Notes: generated by a model not told the origin, from the letters alone. A stretch of DNA of 64,000 bases from an uncultured Candidatus Saccharibacteria bacterium (GCA_964350735.1 CAYGKO010000001.1:246578-310577), one strand, 5' to 3'; positions 1-9,687 are shown, numbered from the stretch's first letter. Numbers and translations: made by a program.

Positions 1-1245
1 GTTGATGATGAACTGTTACTAGTTACGACCGATCGGTACGCTAACTTTTCCTACGGGGATGTGATTGCTATCTCCGGTACACTCACCAAACCGGAAGCGT
101 TTGAAACTGATTTAGGACGAACTTTTAATTATCCAGGCTACTTACAAGCGCAAGGAGTTGAATACTTGATTCGCTATGGCCAGGTGGAGCTGGTGGCATC
201 GGGGCAGGGTAATCCGGTCTTGGCAGGTTTGCTTACCGGGAAGTCGTACTTCCAAGCTTCGCTCGCTGATCTCTTGCCTGAACCCCAACTTGGTCTCGCC
301 GAAGGGCTGCTACTTGGTGAGAAGCGGGCTCTTGGTGATGAGTGGACAGAGATCTTCAGGCGAACGGGGATTATTCATATTGTGGTGCTCTCTGGGTACA
401 ACGTGGCGCTCGTAGTGGCGTTTGTGCTCTACGTACTGTCGGTGTTCTTGCCGCTGCGGGGTCGGTTGTGGTTTGGTATGGCCGCGATTGCAGCGTTTGC
501 CCTGATGGTGGGGCTGTCGGCTACGGTGCTCCGGGCGAGCATTATGGCAGCACTTATTTTGCTCGCCCAAGCGACGGGGCGAATTTATCTTATTACCCGA
601 GCACTGTTATTCACGGCGGTGCTGATGGTACTTTTCAATCCGTATATTTTGATTTATGACCCAGGTTTCCAGCTTTCTTTTTTAGCAACGCTTGGGTTGA
701 TCGTAGGGGCGCCCTGGCTGCAGGCGAAGTTGGGGTTTGTGCCAAGCGCGATTGGGGTGCGTGAGTTTCTGACTGCCACAGTGATCACACAAATTTTTGT
801 ATTGCCGCTCTTGCTGTGGCAGATCGGAGAGTTTTCGGTGGTATCGGTGTTGGTAAATGTATTGGTGTTGCCATTGGTTCCGGTCGCGATGTTGCTGACC
901 TTCATCACTGGTATGACGGCGCTGTTGTCTCCGACGCTAGCGTTACCGTTCGCGCACCTTACTGCTTGGTCACTGACGTATATTTTAGCGGTCGCAGAGT
1001 GGTTCGCTGGCTTACCATTTGCTGCGTTTACGGTACCAGCCTTTCCATTTTGGTTAGTAATAGTGAGTTATCTATTGCTTGGAAGTCTGTGTTATTGGTT
1101 GTGGTGCCGGATGCAAGTTGGACCGACAGCATCAAACTCTGTAGCTGGTTGGACGATTGTGGAGGAGGGGGATATACAGGAAACAAAAGACGGCGAGGAA
1201 GCTGAAGCTTCCTCGCCGTCTGAGGTTCCAATTTTCTTCCGCTGA
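1..1245 (+). CDS. comEC: ComEC/Rec2 competence protein, membrane (Competence) domain; 5'-truncated by the window edge
   Basis: Motifs GLLLGEK, F.RTGIIHIVVLSGYNV, GLSATVLRASIMA, DPGFQLSFLAT; the frame is open from base 1 (ORF track starts at 61). Confidence 0.9.
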   Translation, partial: VDDELLLVTTDRYANFSYGDVIAISGTLTKPEAFETDLGRTFNYPGYLQAQGVEYLIRYGQVELVASGQGNPVLAGLLTGKSYFQASLADLLPEPQLGLAEGLLLGEKRALGDEWTEIFRRTGIIHIVVLSGYNVALVVAFVLYVLSVFLPLRGRLWFGMAAIAAFALMVGLSATVLRASIMAALILLAQATGRIYLITRALLFTAVLMVLFNPYILIYDPGFQLSFLATLGLIVGAPWLQAKLGFVPSAIGVREFLTATVITQIFVLPLLLWQIGEFSVVSVLVNVLVLPLVPVAMLLTFITGMTALLSPTLALPFAHLTAWSLTYILAVAEWFAGLPFAAFTVPAFPFWLVIVSYLLLGSLCYWLWCRMQVGPTASNSVAGWTIVEEGDIQETKDGEEAEASSPSEVPIFFR

Positions 1246-1809
1246 TTAAACGCGTGCCGCCACCACTTCCCAGTTGAGGTTGTTAAACCAGGCGTCGATG
1301 TAGTCACCTTTGGCTGAGGGCAGGAAGTCACGCATGTATGAGTGCTCCCACATATCAAGCGCAAGAACCATATCGACGTCGCCGAGTTGTCCTTGGTGCT
1401 GCTCATCTACCCATGTCTGCACGAGCTGATTCGTGGTTCGATCGATGTAGAGCATGGCCCAGCCAACCCCTCGCGTTTTGGCAATGGTGGCAAAGCGCTC
1501 CTTCCAGACGTCAAAGCTGCCCCATTGCGTCTCGATCAGGTCTTTCAAAGTTCCATTTGGCAGCGCTTTAGTACCGCCTTCAAACTGAGCAAAGTAGTAC
1601 TCGTGGTTTTTCATACCACCAAACTCAAACCCGAGCCGTCGCTGCATCTCGGCTTGTGCGTAGCTGTTGTCGTCATCAACTGTAAGCATCGTTTCGCGAA
1701 TCAGGTTGACGTGCTTCACGTAGCCAGCGTAGAGGCCGAGGTGTAAGTCGATGCTTTCACGGGAAATGCCGCTAAGTTCAGGAATATCAAAGGTTTTTGC
1801 TTCGTACAT
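1246..1809 (-). CDS. sod: Fe/Mn superoxide dismutase
   Basis: H..LY.GYV...N, NHEYYF, RGVGWA and DMWEHSY metal-ligand motifs. Confidence 0.93.
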   Translation of the reverse strand: MYEAKTFDIPELSGISRESIDLHLGLYAGYVKHVNLIRETMLTVDDDNSYAQAEMQRRLGFEFGGMKNHEYYFAQFEGGTKALPNGTLKDLIETQWGSFDVWKERFATIAKTRGVGWAMLYIDRTTNQLVQTWVDEQHQGQLGDVDMVLALDMWEHSYMRDFLPSAKGDYIDAWFNNLNWEVVAARV

Positions 1810-1857
1810 AGTTACTAGTGGTTATTTCTAATGCCGGCATTGTATCATAAGGACTAT

Positions 1858-2730
1858 ATGGATGATGTGGTGATACGAATTCGTTTGTTGGTGCTGTTAG
1901 TTCTACTCAGTGCAGCAGGGTTTATATGGATGGGCGTCTGGGGACAGACAGCTGATGCGACCGAGACTTCATTTCTTCAGGTGCAGTTTTTGGATGTTGG
2001 GCAAGGGGACGCGATTTTAATACAGGCCCCAACGGGAGAAGTGATGCTCGTAGACGGTGGACGTGACGCTGGAGTAGTGCGACAGCTCAGTCAGGAATTA
2101 GGGTGGTTTGATCGTGATATTGATGTGCTCGTGAGTACGCATCCAGACTTAGATCACATCGGTGGGTTGGTTGATGTGCTAGCGCGTTATACAGTCGGCA
2201 CTATTGTTACTACTGAAAACACGGGCGAAAGTTTGGCCGCTGCTGCCTATGCAGACGGGGTGCAAACTGAAGGTGCCGCGATTGTATTTGCCCGAGCGGG
2301 GCAAGTCATTCATTTAGGGGCATCGACGACCGTGCGCGTATTGTCGCCGGCGCAAAACCCAGCTCAACTCGAGAGTAATGCCAGCTCAATTGTGCTGCAG
2401 GTGCAGTACGGTGAGATCGAATTTATGCTCACAGGAGACGCACCGAAAGGGATTGAAGATTATTTGGTGACCCAGCATGGTGCGACACTCGAAAGTGAAG
2501 TGTTGAAGCTCGGACATCATGGTTCAGACACCTCAACCTCAGCCATATTTTTAGAAGCAGTCAGTCCAACCTATGGCGTTGTGTCAGCAGGGAAAGACAA
2601 TCGTTACGGGCATCCTCATCCAGACGTAGTAGCGCGCGCCAGCGCAGCTGGCGCGCGAGTCATCTCAACGGCCGAGTCTGGAACTGTTTCATTTGCAACT
2701 GATGGTACGTCAGTATGGCAACAACATTAA
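1858..2730 (+). CDS. ComEC-type metallo-beta-lactamase-fold nuclease with N-terminal TM anchor
   Basis: FLDVGQGDAILI, THPDLDHIGG, LTGDA, LKLGHHGS, SAGKDNRYGHPH; start could be 1831 or 1858. Confidence 0.9.
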   Translation: MDDVVIRIRLLVLLVLLSAAGFIWMGVWGQTADATETSFLQVQFLDVGQGDAILIQAPTGEVMLVDGGRDAGVVRQLSQELGWFDRDIDVLVSTHPDLDHIGGLVDVLARYTVGTIVTTENTGESLAAAAYADGVQTEGAAIVFARAGQVIHLGASTTVRVLSPAQNPAQLESNASSIVLQVQYGEIEFMLTGDAPKGIEDYLVTQHGATLESEVLKLGHHGSDTSTSAIFLEAVSPTYGVVSAGKDNRYGHPHPDVVARASAAGARVISTAESGTVSFATDGTSVWQQH

Positions 2731-2772
2731 AATCTTGTGATAACCTTAAAGGATTACTCGTAGAAAATTTTT

Positions 2773-4458
2773 ATGTGTACGTACAACCTTAAAAAATCAT
2801 TGTTAGCATTTATCGTCGTTAGTGTTCTTGGGGTTAGCTTCGTTGTTCCATTTCCAGTCCATGCCCAAGCAGAAAACATGGATCGTGAGCAGATCATATC
2901 GCTCATTATGCAATTATTGGCAACGTTACAGACACAGTCGACTACGGCGTCACCAACCTTTGGTACTTCTCCTGAAGGAGGTTTCACATCATCAGGCTTT
3001 AGTGTTGGTGATGAAGTGAAAACTTCCGCTATCTTGCGGGTTCGTTCTGGACCAGGTGTAAATAATAGTTTAGTGAATAACATAGCGGCGTACACCACTG
3101 GCTCAATCGTGAGCGGCCCAAGATACGCCGATGGGTATACGTGGTGGTTAGTCCAATACAATAACGGTACGCGAGGTTGGAGTGCTGAAGGGTGGTTTAC
3201 AAAGCTTTCAAAGAACAATGTAACCCCATTAGTATTGGAAGATGTTTCGGTCACCGTTGCGGATCCCGATTCTGGAGATGTATATGAATATGGGGATCGA
3301 TTGACTGTTACATGGAACCAACAGGGTTCAGTACCAAGAAATAGCGAAGCGTGCGTTACGCTCTATAATGTACGTACAAAAAATTCCTTTGCTTTTCCAC
3401 CTAGTGGTGCAGGTTGTGTAGATATAGCTGGTGAAGAGCCGCAGAGTGGCGTTAGTGCTGAAGTGATTAGAAATTCTGGATACGACCTAGGTCCTGGAAA
3501 CTATCGGGCTGTTGTCACTTTGCGTGGACCAGGAGTGGGATACAAAGACGGAGCTATCATTGCAGAAGCTAAAAGTGGTACGTTTTATATAGAAGACGTA
3601 CTTAAGGAAGAGAAAGACTATGACATTGATATTACTTCACCTCGTCGAGGTGCTGCGTATGAAATTGGCGATAGAATCACAGTGAAATGGGACCATAATG
3701 ATCTGGAAGATGATGTGTTGAACGTCACGCTGCTTGGTCCACTTGATGGATATAAAGCAGAGCGACATATGGTGCAAAGTTATCTAATTGATAAAGGCTC
3801 AGCTTCATTTACAATTCCAGAAGCTGATAGCTTGGGGAGAGTTCGAGAAGGTCGCTACGAACTCTCTGTGTGGGTGACAAATATTAAAGATGGTAGTGCA
3901 AAGTCAGTGTCTGATGATGTGGTAATTGAAATCAATGACAAAAAGGATGTGAGTGCCGTAGATATTGAGTTTATTGATAACGATACGCGGATCAAGACAA
4001 GCTCACCTGCGCTGGGTGAATGGGGTAACTTTACGGTTGAGTTTGAGATTATTGCTGGAGATGAAGATGTATGGATAAAAAATTCACTTTATGGAACCCA
4101 TCAAAATAATTCTAGTTCGCTGTATCAGCCCAAGTATAGCGTTATGAAAGATGGTGAAGTTGTAAGCAACTTCACTGGTAACTTTTCGTCTATGCAGCCT
4201 GGCTTCCTTAGTACCGCTTCCTATGCATACCCAATTGCTGACGAAAAAAATGATAATTATTACGTTGTAAAAGCGGGGGACAGTGAAAAATTTACAGTTG
4301 ATATCACGATGACAGTAAAGGAATCCGCAGATTATCAAGTTCATATAGAGGGTCCACTGTATGTGAAGACTAAGTCTGGAGATACGGTTGTTCTCAATAT
4401 TGATGAAGATGAATTCAGGACGGCTGAGCTTTATATTGAAGGAGAAGACTCACTGTAA
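2773..4458 (+). CDS. Secreted surface protein with bacterial SH3 domain and Ig-like domains
   Basis: Signal peptide ending VHA-QA; LRVRSGPG...GPRYADGYTWWLVQY...GWSAEGW (SH3b-like); ITSP..G..Y.IGD.ITVKW Ig-like segments. Confidence 0.7.
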   Translation: MCTYNLKKSLLAFIVVSVLGVSFVVPFPVHAQAENMDREQIISLIMQLLATLQTQSTTASPTFGTSPEGGFTSSGFSVGDEVKTSAILRVRSGPGVNNSLVNNIAAYTTGSIVSGPRYADGYTWWLVQYNNGTRGWSAEGWFTKLSKNNVTPLVLEDVSVTVADPDSGDVYEYGDRLTVTWNQQGSVPRNSEACVTLYNVRTKNSFAFPPSGAGCVDIAGEEPQSGVSAEVIRNSGYDLGPGNYRAVVTLRGPGVGYKDGAIIAEAKSGTFYIEDVLKEEKDYDIDITSPRRGAAYEIGDRITVKWDHNDLEDDVLNVTLLGPLDGYKAERHMVQSYLIDKGSASFTIPEADSLGRVREGRYELSVWVTNIKDGSAKSVSDDVVIEINDKKDVSAVDIEFIDNDTRIKTSSPALGEWGNFTVEFEIIAGDEDVWIKNSLYGTHQNNSSSLYQPKYSVMKDGEVVSNFTGNFSSMQPGFLSTASYAYPIADEKNDNYYVVKAGDSEKFTVDITMTVKESADYQVHIEGPLYVKTKSGDTVVLNIDEDEFRTAELYIEGEDSL

Positions 4459-4463
4459 AAGAT

Positions 4464-4502
4464 AACAAAAAAGACCGGCGCTGTGCGCCGGTCTTTTTTG
4501 TT
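4464..4502. terminator. Bidirectional intrinsic terminator
   Basis: AACAAAAAAGACCGGCGC-TGT-GCGCCGGTCTTTTTTGTT between convergent genes. Confidence 0.85.
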
Positions 4503-4517
4503 TTTCTCTGAGAGAGA

Positions 4518-4760
4518 CTAGATGAGCTTTGCTGCTTTGAGGACCTTGTAGGCGCCGTTCTTGGCGATAGTCCGAAGTCCTTTAGTAGAAACGTTTACTA
4601 CCACGTGCTTATCAAGCTCTGGTACGAAGATGCGCTTCTTTTGGAGGTTTGGCTGTCGCTTTACCTTCCCGCATGGGTTAAATTGCGTCGCACGAGTACG
4701 GTTACTGTAGCGTCCGCCGATTTGGGTTTTCTTCCCGGTGATTTCACATTGCTTTGCCAT
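4518..4760 (-). CDS. rpmB: 50S ribosomal protein L28
   Basis: MAKQCEITGKK...PNLQKKRIFVPE...VSTKGLRTI. Confidence 0.95.
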   Translation of the reverse strand: MAKQCEITGKKTQIGGRYSNRTRATQFNPCGKVKRQPNLQKKRIFVPELDKHVVVNVSTKGLRTIAKNGAYKVLKAAKLI

Positions 4761-4868
4761 AAATAGATTTGTTTAGCCCGGGCATAGTACCATACCCCAT
4801 TAAATCTGCAAGGAGATTTACATCAGGTCTAGTGGCTCACAATAACTTCGTGGTATACTCGATCCACT

Positions 4869-5498
4869 ATGGATTCTGCTGCAATGCTCATCGTCCTTAT
4901 ATTGTCTATCGTGCTGCATGAAATTGCACACGGCTATGCGGCGTTCAAGTTAGGTGATCCAACCGCCAAGCTGCAGGGGCGACTATCGCTCAATCCAATC
5001 GTTCATATCGACCCGCTGATGTCGATTATTGTGCCAGGAATGTTGTTCTTGAGTGGTTCATCATTTCTCTTTGGGGCCGCCAAGCCAGTCCCCTACAACC
5101 CCTACAACCTGACTGACCAAAAGTACGGCGAAGCCAAAGTGGCGGCGGCTGGCCCAGCGGCCAATATCCTGATTGCACTTATTTTTGCGATTATCCTGCG
5201 TTTCGCTGATGTACTAGCTCTGCCAGCCGCGTTTATTGAGCTATCGTTTGGGATCATTACCCTTAATATTTTCCTGGCGGTCTTTAACCTGCTTCCGATC
5301 CCACCGCTTGATGGATCAAAGATTCTCCCTGTTTTCTTGCCGTACAATCTCCAAATGAAGTATCGGGACTTAATGCGCAGTATGGAACGCAATATCTTTG
5401 CGTCGTTTGCGATAATTTTCCTAGTAGTTGCACTCTTTCTGGGCGGACCACTCTATGCATTGACTATCAGTATCGCTGGCTTGTTTGTTGGGTTTTAA
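4869..5498 (+). CDS. Site-2 protease, M50 family
   Basis: HEIAHG, GDPTAK..GRLSLNP, AAAGP, FNLLPIPPLDG. Confidence 0.93.
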   Translation: MDSAAMLIVLILSIVLHEIAHGYAAFKLGDPTAKLQGRLSLNPIVHIDPLMSIIVPGMLFLSGSSFLFGAAKPVPYNPYNLTDQKYGEAKVAAAGPAANILIALIFAIILRFADVLALPAAFIELSFGIITLNIFLAVFNLLPIPPLDGSKILPVFLPYNLQMKYRDLMRSMERNIFASFAIIFLVVALFLGGPLYALTISIAGLFVGF

Positions 5499-5521
5499 AC
5501 TAAACCGACTAGACTAAGTGA

Positions 5522-5666
5522 GTATCAAAATTGAAAAACCTGGCGGAAGGCCCGTAGCCGGAGTAAGCTGCTGCGTCAGCGTCCGCCAGGACAGCAGCTT
5601 TCTACGGGCCTGAGCCGAGCGTGTTTCCCGCCGGGGAAACAACGCGTGTTATTCAATTTTCGATAC
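5522..5666. repeat. Multi-stem palindromic intergenic element with a potential pseudoknot
   Basis: Terminal IR GTATCAAAATTGAA/TTCAATTTTCGATAC; nested stems 5548-57/5602-11 and 5565-73/5592-600; 5539-47 is complementary to loop 5582-90. Confidence 0.65.
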
Positions 5667-5718
5667 GAGCGTTCACCTTGCAAAACCCCCAGTTTATAGT
5701 ATTCTGCTCTGGCTACTT

Positions 5719-6132
5719 ATGGCAACAATCAATCAATTAACAAAGAAGCGTCGTCGAGATCCGGCAACCAAGAGTAAGCGCGCTGCGCTGCACACTGGGT
5801 TCAATAAGATCAAAAACGAACCAAACAGCTACACCTCTCCATTTAAGCGGGGAGTGTGTACGCGAGTAACTACTAAGACTCCACGTAAGCCGAACTCTGC
5901 GATTCGAAAGATCGCTCGGGTACGACTCACCAACGGTCAGGAAATTACTGCGTATATCCCAGGTATCGGTCACTCACTACAGGAGCACTCAGTGGTTCTA
6001 GTACGAGGAGGACGAGTAAAGGATATTGGTGTGAACTACACTGTAGTTCGAGGTAAGTACGACGCTGGAGGTGTAAGCGACCGACGACGAGGACGTTCTC
6101 GTTACGGAGCTAAGATGCCCAAAGGTGAGTAG
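5719..6132 (+). CDS. rpsL: 30S ribosomal protein S12
   Basis: MATINQL...[27 protein letters not shown]...[16 protein letters not shown]. Confidence 0.98.
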   Translation: MATINQLTKKRRRDPATKSKRAALHTGFNKIKNEPNSYTSPFKRGVCTRVTTKTPRKPNSAIRKIARVRLTNGQEITAYIPGIGHSLQEHSVVLVRGGRVKDIGVNYTVVRGKYDAGGVSDRRRGRSRYGAKMPKGE

Positions 6133-6286
6133 GACAGCGATTCCTAACAATTACAAATAGTTTATATTCGCTACAGATTATCGGATGCGATTCAACCCAA
6201 ATGGGTACGGAATCAAATTATGCGAAGAATGCAGAATTGTTTTCATAATTCTCCATTCTTAATTACCCACATTAAGAAATTACGTC

Positions 6287-6760
6287 ATGCGACGACCAAT
6301 CAAAAAACGACCTGAGGTCAAGCCAGATGTTCAATTTGGTTCAATTGAAGTCGAACGACTCATCAACTACGTGATGCTCAACGGTCAAAAAGAAACTGCC
6401 CGCAAGATCGTGTACTCAGCCTTTGCAGAGATCAAAGATACCAAAGACGGTGGTGGTGAACCACTAGAAATCTTTGACACTGCACTGAAAAATGCGGGTC
6501 CTTCGATGGAAGTTCGCTCACGCCGAGTTGGTGGAGCAAACTACCAGGTACCACGTGAAGTTCGACCAGAACGACGCGTTGCGCTCGGCTTGCGCTGGAT
6601 TATTGCAGCTGCTCGGGGACAAAAAGGTATCCCAATGCACAAAGCACTCGCTTCAGAACTTATGCTTGCAGCAAAGGAAGAAGGGAATGCCGTGAAGAAG
6701 AAAGAAGATACACACAAGATGGCAGAAGCTAACCGAGCCTTTGCTCACTTCGCTTTCTAA
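6287..6760 (+). CDS. rpsG: 30S ribosomal protein S7
   Basis: EVRSRRVGGANYQVP, KKKEDTHKMAEANRAFAHF. Confidence 0.98.
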   Translation: MRRPIKKRPEVKPDVQFGSIEVERLINYVMLNGQKETARKIVYSAFAEIKDTKDGGGEPLEIFDTALKNAGPSMEVRSRRVGGANYQVPREVRPERRVALGLRWIIAAARGQKGIPMHKALASELMLAAKEEGNAVKKKEDTHKMAEANRAFAHFAF

Positions 6761-6877
6761 CAGAGATTTTCTGCACGATGCCGCGTTAAAAGGCCTAAAA
6801 ATTTGTGAGCCTTACTTAGCGTAAGGTGAACAAATTTTTAGGCCTTTTGCCTTGCCTCGTTTTGAAAATTTCTGTTA
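6758..6877. repeat. 120-bp long hairpin element starting at the rpsG stop codon
   Basis: Outer IR TAACAGAGATTTTC/GAAAATTTCTGTTA; perfect 19-bp inner stem 6788-6806/6830-6848; apical CCTTAC/GTAAGG. Confidence 0.75.
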
Positions 6878-6968
6878 CAAAAAGCACCCACGGGGGGGCT
6901 TTTTGTTTGTGTTTTTCTCAGCAGCTGGTATAAAAGTGCAGCCCAATTGAAAAAGAAAGGAGGGTGAG

Positions 6969-7403
6969 ATGGAAGAAATTCGCAAAATATTTAACATTCA
7001 ATTCGCCCTTATCTCTTTGATTGTCAATACAATAGCAATCATCTGGGCAAATTCTGATCAGACTGATCGTTTGTATGATTGGTATGTGCTGGCGCATGTT
7101 TTAGCGTCACCATTTCTTGCTGGGTTCACTATGCGGTATACCCAACGAGTTGCTCGGCGCGAGCGTTGGTTGGGCGCGTATAGCCTAGGTTCTGTATGGG
7201 TGGCACTTATTGCCGCTTCAATCATGGGTTCTGTGCACTGGTTGATTGCTACTCCAGACTTATTTTGGACTGCGGTCACTGTATTTGCCCTGAATATTAT
7301 TGCAGGTGTGGCGCTGGTGTTTATCATTCGAAATAAAGGAAAGGTCAATAAGTTCATTATTGTAATTGCTCGCAAAGCAATTCGGTTTGTAGAAGGGCTC
7401 TAG
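6969..7403 (+). CDS. Hypothetical membrane protein (about 4 TM)
   Basis: 144-aa hydrophobic ORF with strong SD (AAAGGAGGG) and TGGTATAAA -10 upstream. Confidence 0.75.
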   Translation: MEEIRKIFNIQFALISLIVNTIAIIWANSDQTDRLYDWYVLAHVLASPFLAGFTMRYTQRVARRERWLGAYSLGSVWVALIAASIMGSVHWLIATPDLFWTAVTVFALNIIAGVALVFIIRNKGKVNKFIIVIARKAIRFVEGL

Positions 7404-7439
7404 TTCAGCGTATGTATTACGAACTAGAGCCTTTATTGA

Positions 7440-8432
7440 TTACGAGGGGCGGCTACCGAATTTTTTGGCGGTTTTGTATAGGGCGTAGAGGAGCAGGAGT
7501 AGGAGGAGGAGTTGGACGAGTGAGGGGTGACCGAGGATCCAGGAGAGGCCGGCGAGAATGACGGTATAGATAATCGAAAAGGTGGTAGCGATGAATTGCC
7601 AGATGGTAGCTAGCCAGCCAGTAGAAGCGTCTTCAGTATTTTGGGTACGGGTGATGGTGCCGAAACCTTCGGGGGTAGTGGTGCCGGACGACGAGGCGAA
7701 GGAAACGCCCTGCGTTTCCTTCGCCTCGTCGTCGCTAGATCGTTCCGCTCGATACGAATCAAGTTGCCGTTTTGATTCGGTAATGGTTTCAGTCAGGCTT
7801 GCGAGCGCACCATTTGCTCGACTGGGAGTGAGGAACTGTTCGAGGCCAGCTGATTGGTTATCTGTTTCAGATAGAGATGGGCTACTATCTTCTGTTTCAG
7901 CCTCGTTCTCATTTTTTTCAGTTTCGGCTGGTTTGTTAAATAGTAGTGGTTCAGCGTCATCACCATCTGCAATTCCATCGCCGTCATCATCCTGATCGAC
8001 AAGATCACCTGTACCGTCGCTATCAGTATCACGATCAATAAAAATAGTATCTTTGGCTAAGGCAGAGGTAACGATGATTGGCTGAGTTCCGGAAGCAGTT
8101 GAAGAGATTTCCGTTCGGGATAAAGTAGCACTGATAGTACTGGTGCCGTAGCTCGGCGTCCAGTCTCCCCAGCTCTCAATGATACGGCCATCAAGCGCAT
8201 CAATGTTATTACGTTCCACACGCTCTTCGTTTACAAAAAACTCTACGGTACCAGATAAATCAGCCCCAGTATTGTTTCGCACTGCAACATAGACTCGCAC
8301 CGTGTCGCCCACAAAAAATGTGTCTTTGTCATACCAAAGCCCTTGCACAATACCGGCGTTAGAACCTTGCGCCCCACTGACCAGTGGTGTGAAAAGGATG
8401 ATGAGTGCTAGTAAGTATAGACGTAGCGACAT
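7440..8432 (-). CDS. Exported protein with CARDB/Ig-like domain, Ca-binding thrombospondin-type-3-like repeat and C-terminal TM
   Basis: Signal peptide from MSLRLYLL (8432); GDTVRVYVAVRNN; DTDSDGTGDLVDQDDDGDGIADGDDA; hydrophobic C-terminus. Confidence 0.7.
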   Translation of the reverse strand: MSLRLYLLALIILFTPLVSGAQGSNAGIVQGLWYDKDTFFVGDTVRVYVAVRNNTGADLSGTVEFFVNEERVERNNIDALDGRIIESWGDWTPSYGTSTISATLSRTEISSTASGTQPIIVTSALAKDTIFIDRDTDSDGTGDLVDQDDDGDGIADGDDAEPLLFNKPAETEKNENEAETEDSSPSLSETDNQSAGLEQFLTPSRANGALASLTETITESKRQLDSYRAERSSDDEAKETQGVSFASSSGTTTPEGFGTITRTQNTEDASTGWLATIWQFIATTFSIIYTVILAGLSWILGHPSLVQLLLLLLLLYALYKTAKKFGSRPS

Positions 8433-8481
8433 AGTTATTTCATTATACCGGTCTTTTGTGCAGGAGTGGTATACTCGAGCT

Positions 8482-8958
8482 ATGATTCGAAAGTGGATAG
8501 ATATTTTCTTAACCCTCAACTTAATCGGTATGATTCTGTTACTTGGGTACTGGTGGTATACCGGGGTGCTGGTAATTGAGTTTAGACACAATGCACCAGT
8601 GGTTGAGCGCTTTGCTAGTGAAGAACAAACTATTTTTATCGCTACTCTAAGAGGTGATGTAGATCGTGTACTTGGTATTCCAGATCGTGGGTATGAGCCG
8701 TTTATGTTTCTTGCGGTGTTTCCCGGTTTGGTGGAGACAGACTTTGCTAACGTAGAAGCCAGTACGGGACGGTATGTAATTGCTGATGGACGTCTTATGC
8801 ATAAGATTGGCCCTGATCAATTTAGACACGATGCAGCGACTGCTATTTCAGCCGAAGGTATGAAGACCTTGCTCACAAATGTCTCACTCCGGACAGGGAT
8901 TGATCTTGAAGCCGGCGGTACTATTACTGAGATAATGGCTGCCATTAGTAATGAATAA
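8482..8958 (+). CDS. Hypothetical membrane-anchored protein
   Basis: ATG at 8482 just after TGGTATACT; N-terminal TM; 9 nt upstream of the rhodanese gene. Confidence 0.65.
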   Translation: MIRKWIDIFLTLNLIGMILLLGYWWYTGVLVIEFRHNAPVVERFASEEQTIFIATLRGDVDRVLGIPDRGYEPFMFLAVFPGLVETDFANVEASTGRYVIADGRLMHKIGPDQFRHDAATAISAEGMKTLLTNVSLRTGIDLEAGGTITEIMAAISNE

Positions 8959-8967
8959 TATTTTTTT

Positions 8968-9561
8968 ATGTATAAATCACTAGGATTAGGAATTTTGATT
9001 GGCGTACTAGGAACATTTGTTGGTCTACACGTTTGTGACCTGTGGCAGTCTGATATTGATATGCAAAACGAGCGTATCGCCACCTACTACGCGACTGAGT
9101 CAGCAACGCTTGTTAGTCCGCATAATATTCGAGAACGGATGAGTCACGGGAAAGAGGATTTTGTATTAGTAGATGTGCGTACGCAGGAAGATTACGAGCG
9201 TGAGCATGTTGTCGGAGCGATTAATATTGATACTGGCCGAGCTCTAGATGTGATCTTGAGTGATTTCCAAAAGCTACTCGCAGAAAACCCAAATAAAGAA
9301 ATCATTATTTATTGTTACAGCGCAGCTTGTATGAATGGACGTAAAGCCGGTAACTTCCTAGCTGAAAATGATATTTACGTGAAAGAAATGACGGTAGGCT
9401 GGAACGAATGGCGTTATGGTTGGGAGATGTGGAACTACGACAACGAATGGGCTATTCATAAGGTAGAAGATTATGTAGTGAGTGGCACCGAGCCAGGTAC
9501 ATTAGATCCAAATCTAGAGTCAATCGCCCCTTGCCCGATTGATGGTGAGTTGAGCTGCTAG
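8968..9561 (+). CDS. Rhodanese-like domain protein, N-terminal anchor
   Basis: LVDVRTQEDYEREHVVGAINI, IIIYCYSAAC, GWNEW. Confidence 0.88.
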   Translation: MYKSLGLGILIGVLGTFVGLHVCDLWQSDIDMQNERIATYYATESATLVSPHNIRERMSHGKEDFVLVDVRTQEDYEREHVVGAINIDTGRALDVILSDFQKLLAENPNKEIIIYCYSAACMNGRKAGNFLAENDIYVKEMTVGWNEWRYGWEMWNYDNEWAIHKVEDYVVSGTEPGTLDPNLESIAPCPIDGELSC

Positions 9562-9642
9562 TTCAAAACTGCGCAATCGAACCGAAATAAAAAATCTAAG
9601 CCGGACGTAGTAATCAGTGTTATAAACTAAGACAGAAATACT

Positions 9643-9687
9643 ATGACAAAAAAAGTATATTTAGCTGGTGGCTGTTTCTGGGGCTAA
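9643..9687 (+). pseudogene. msrA: 5' remnant of a second, diverged msrA ([14 protein letters not shown])
   Basis: 14 codons matching the N-terminus of the downstream MsrA with mostly synonymous differences, ending in TAA at the foot of a hairpin. Confidence 0.85.

Noticed and set aside
5600-5650. Hammerhead ribozyme in the element upstream of rpsL
   Set aside because: CTGAGCCGA and GAAAC are present but do not form the CUGANGA/GAAA/NUH core with correct stems.
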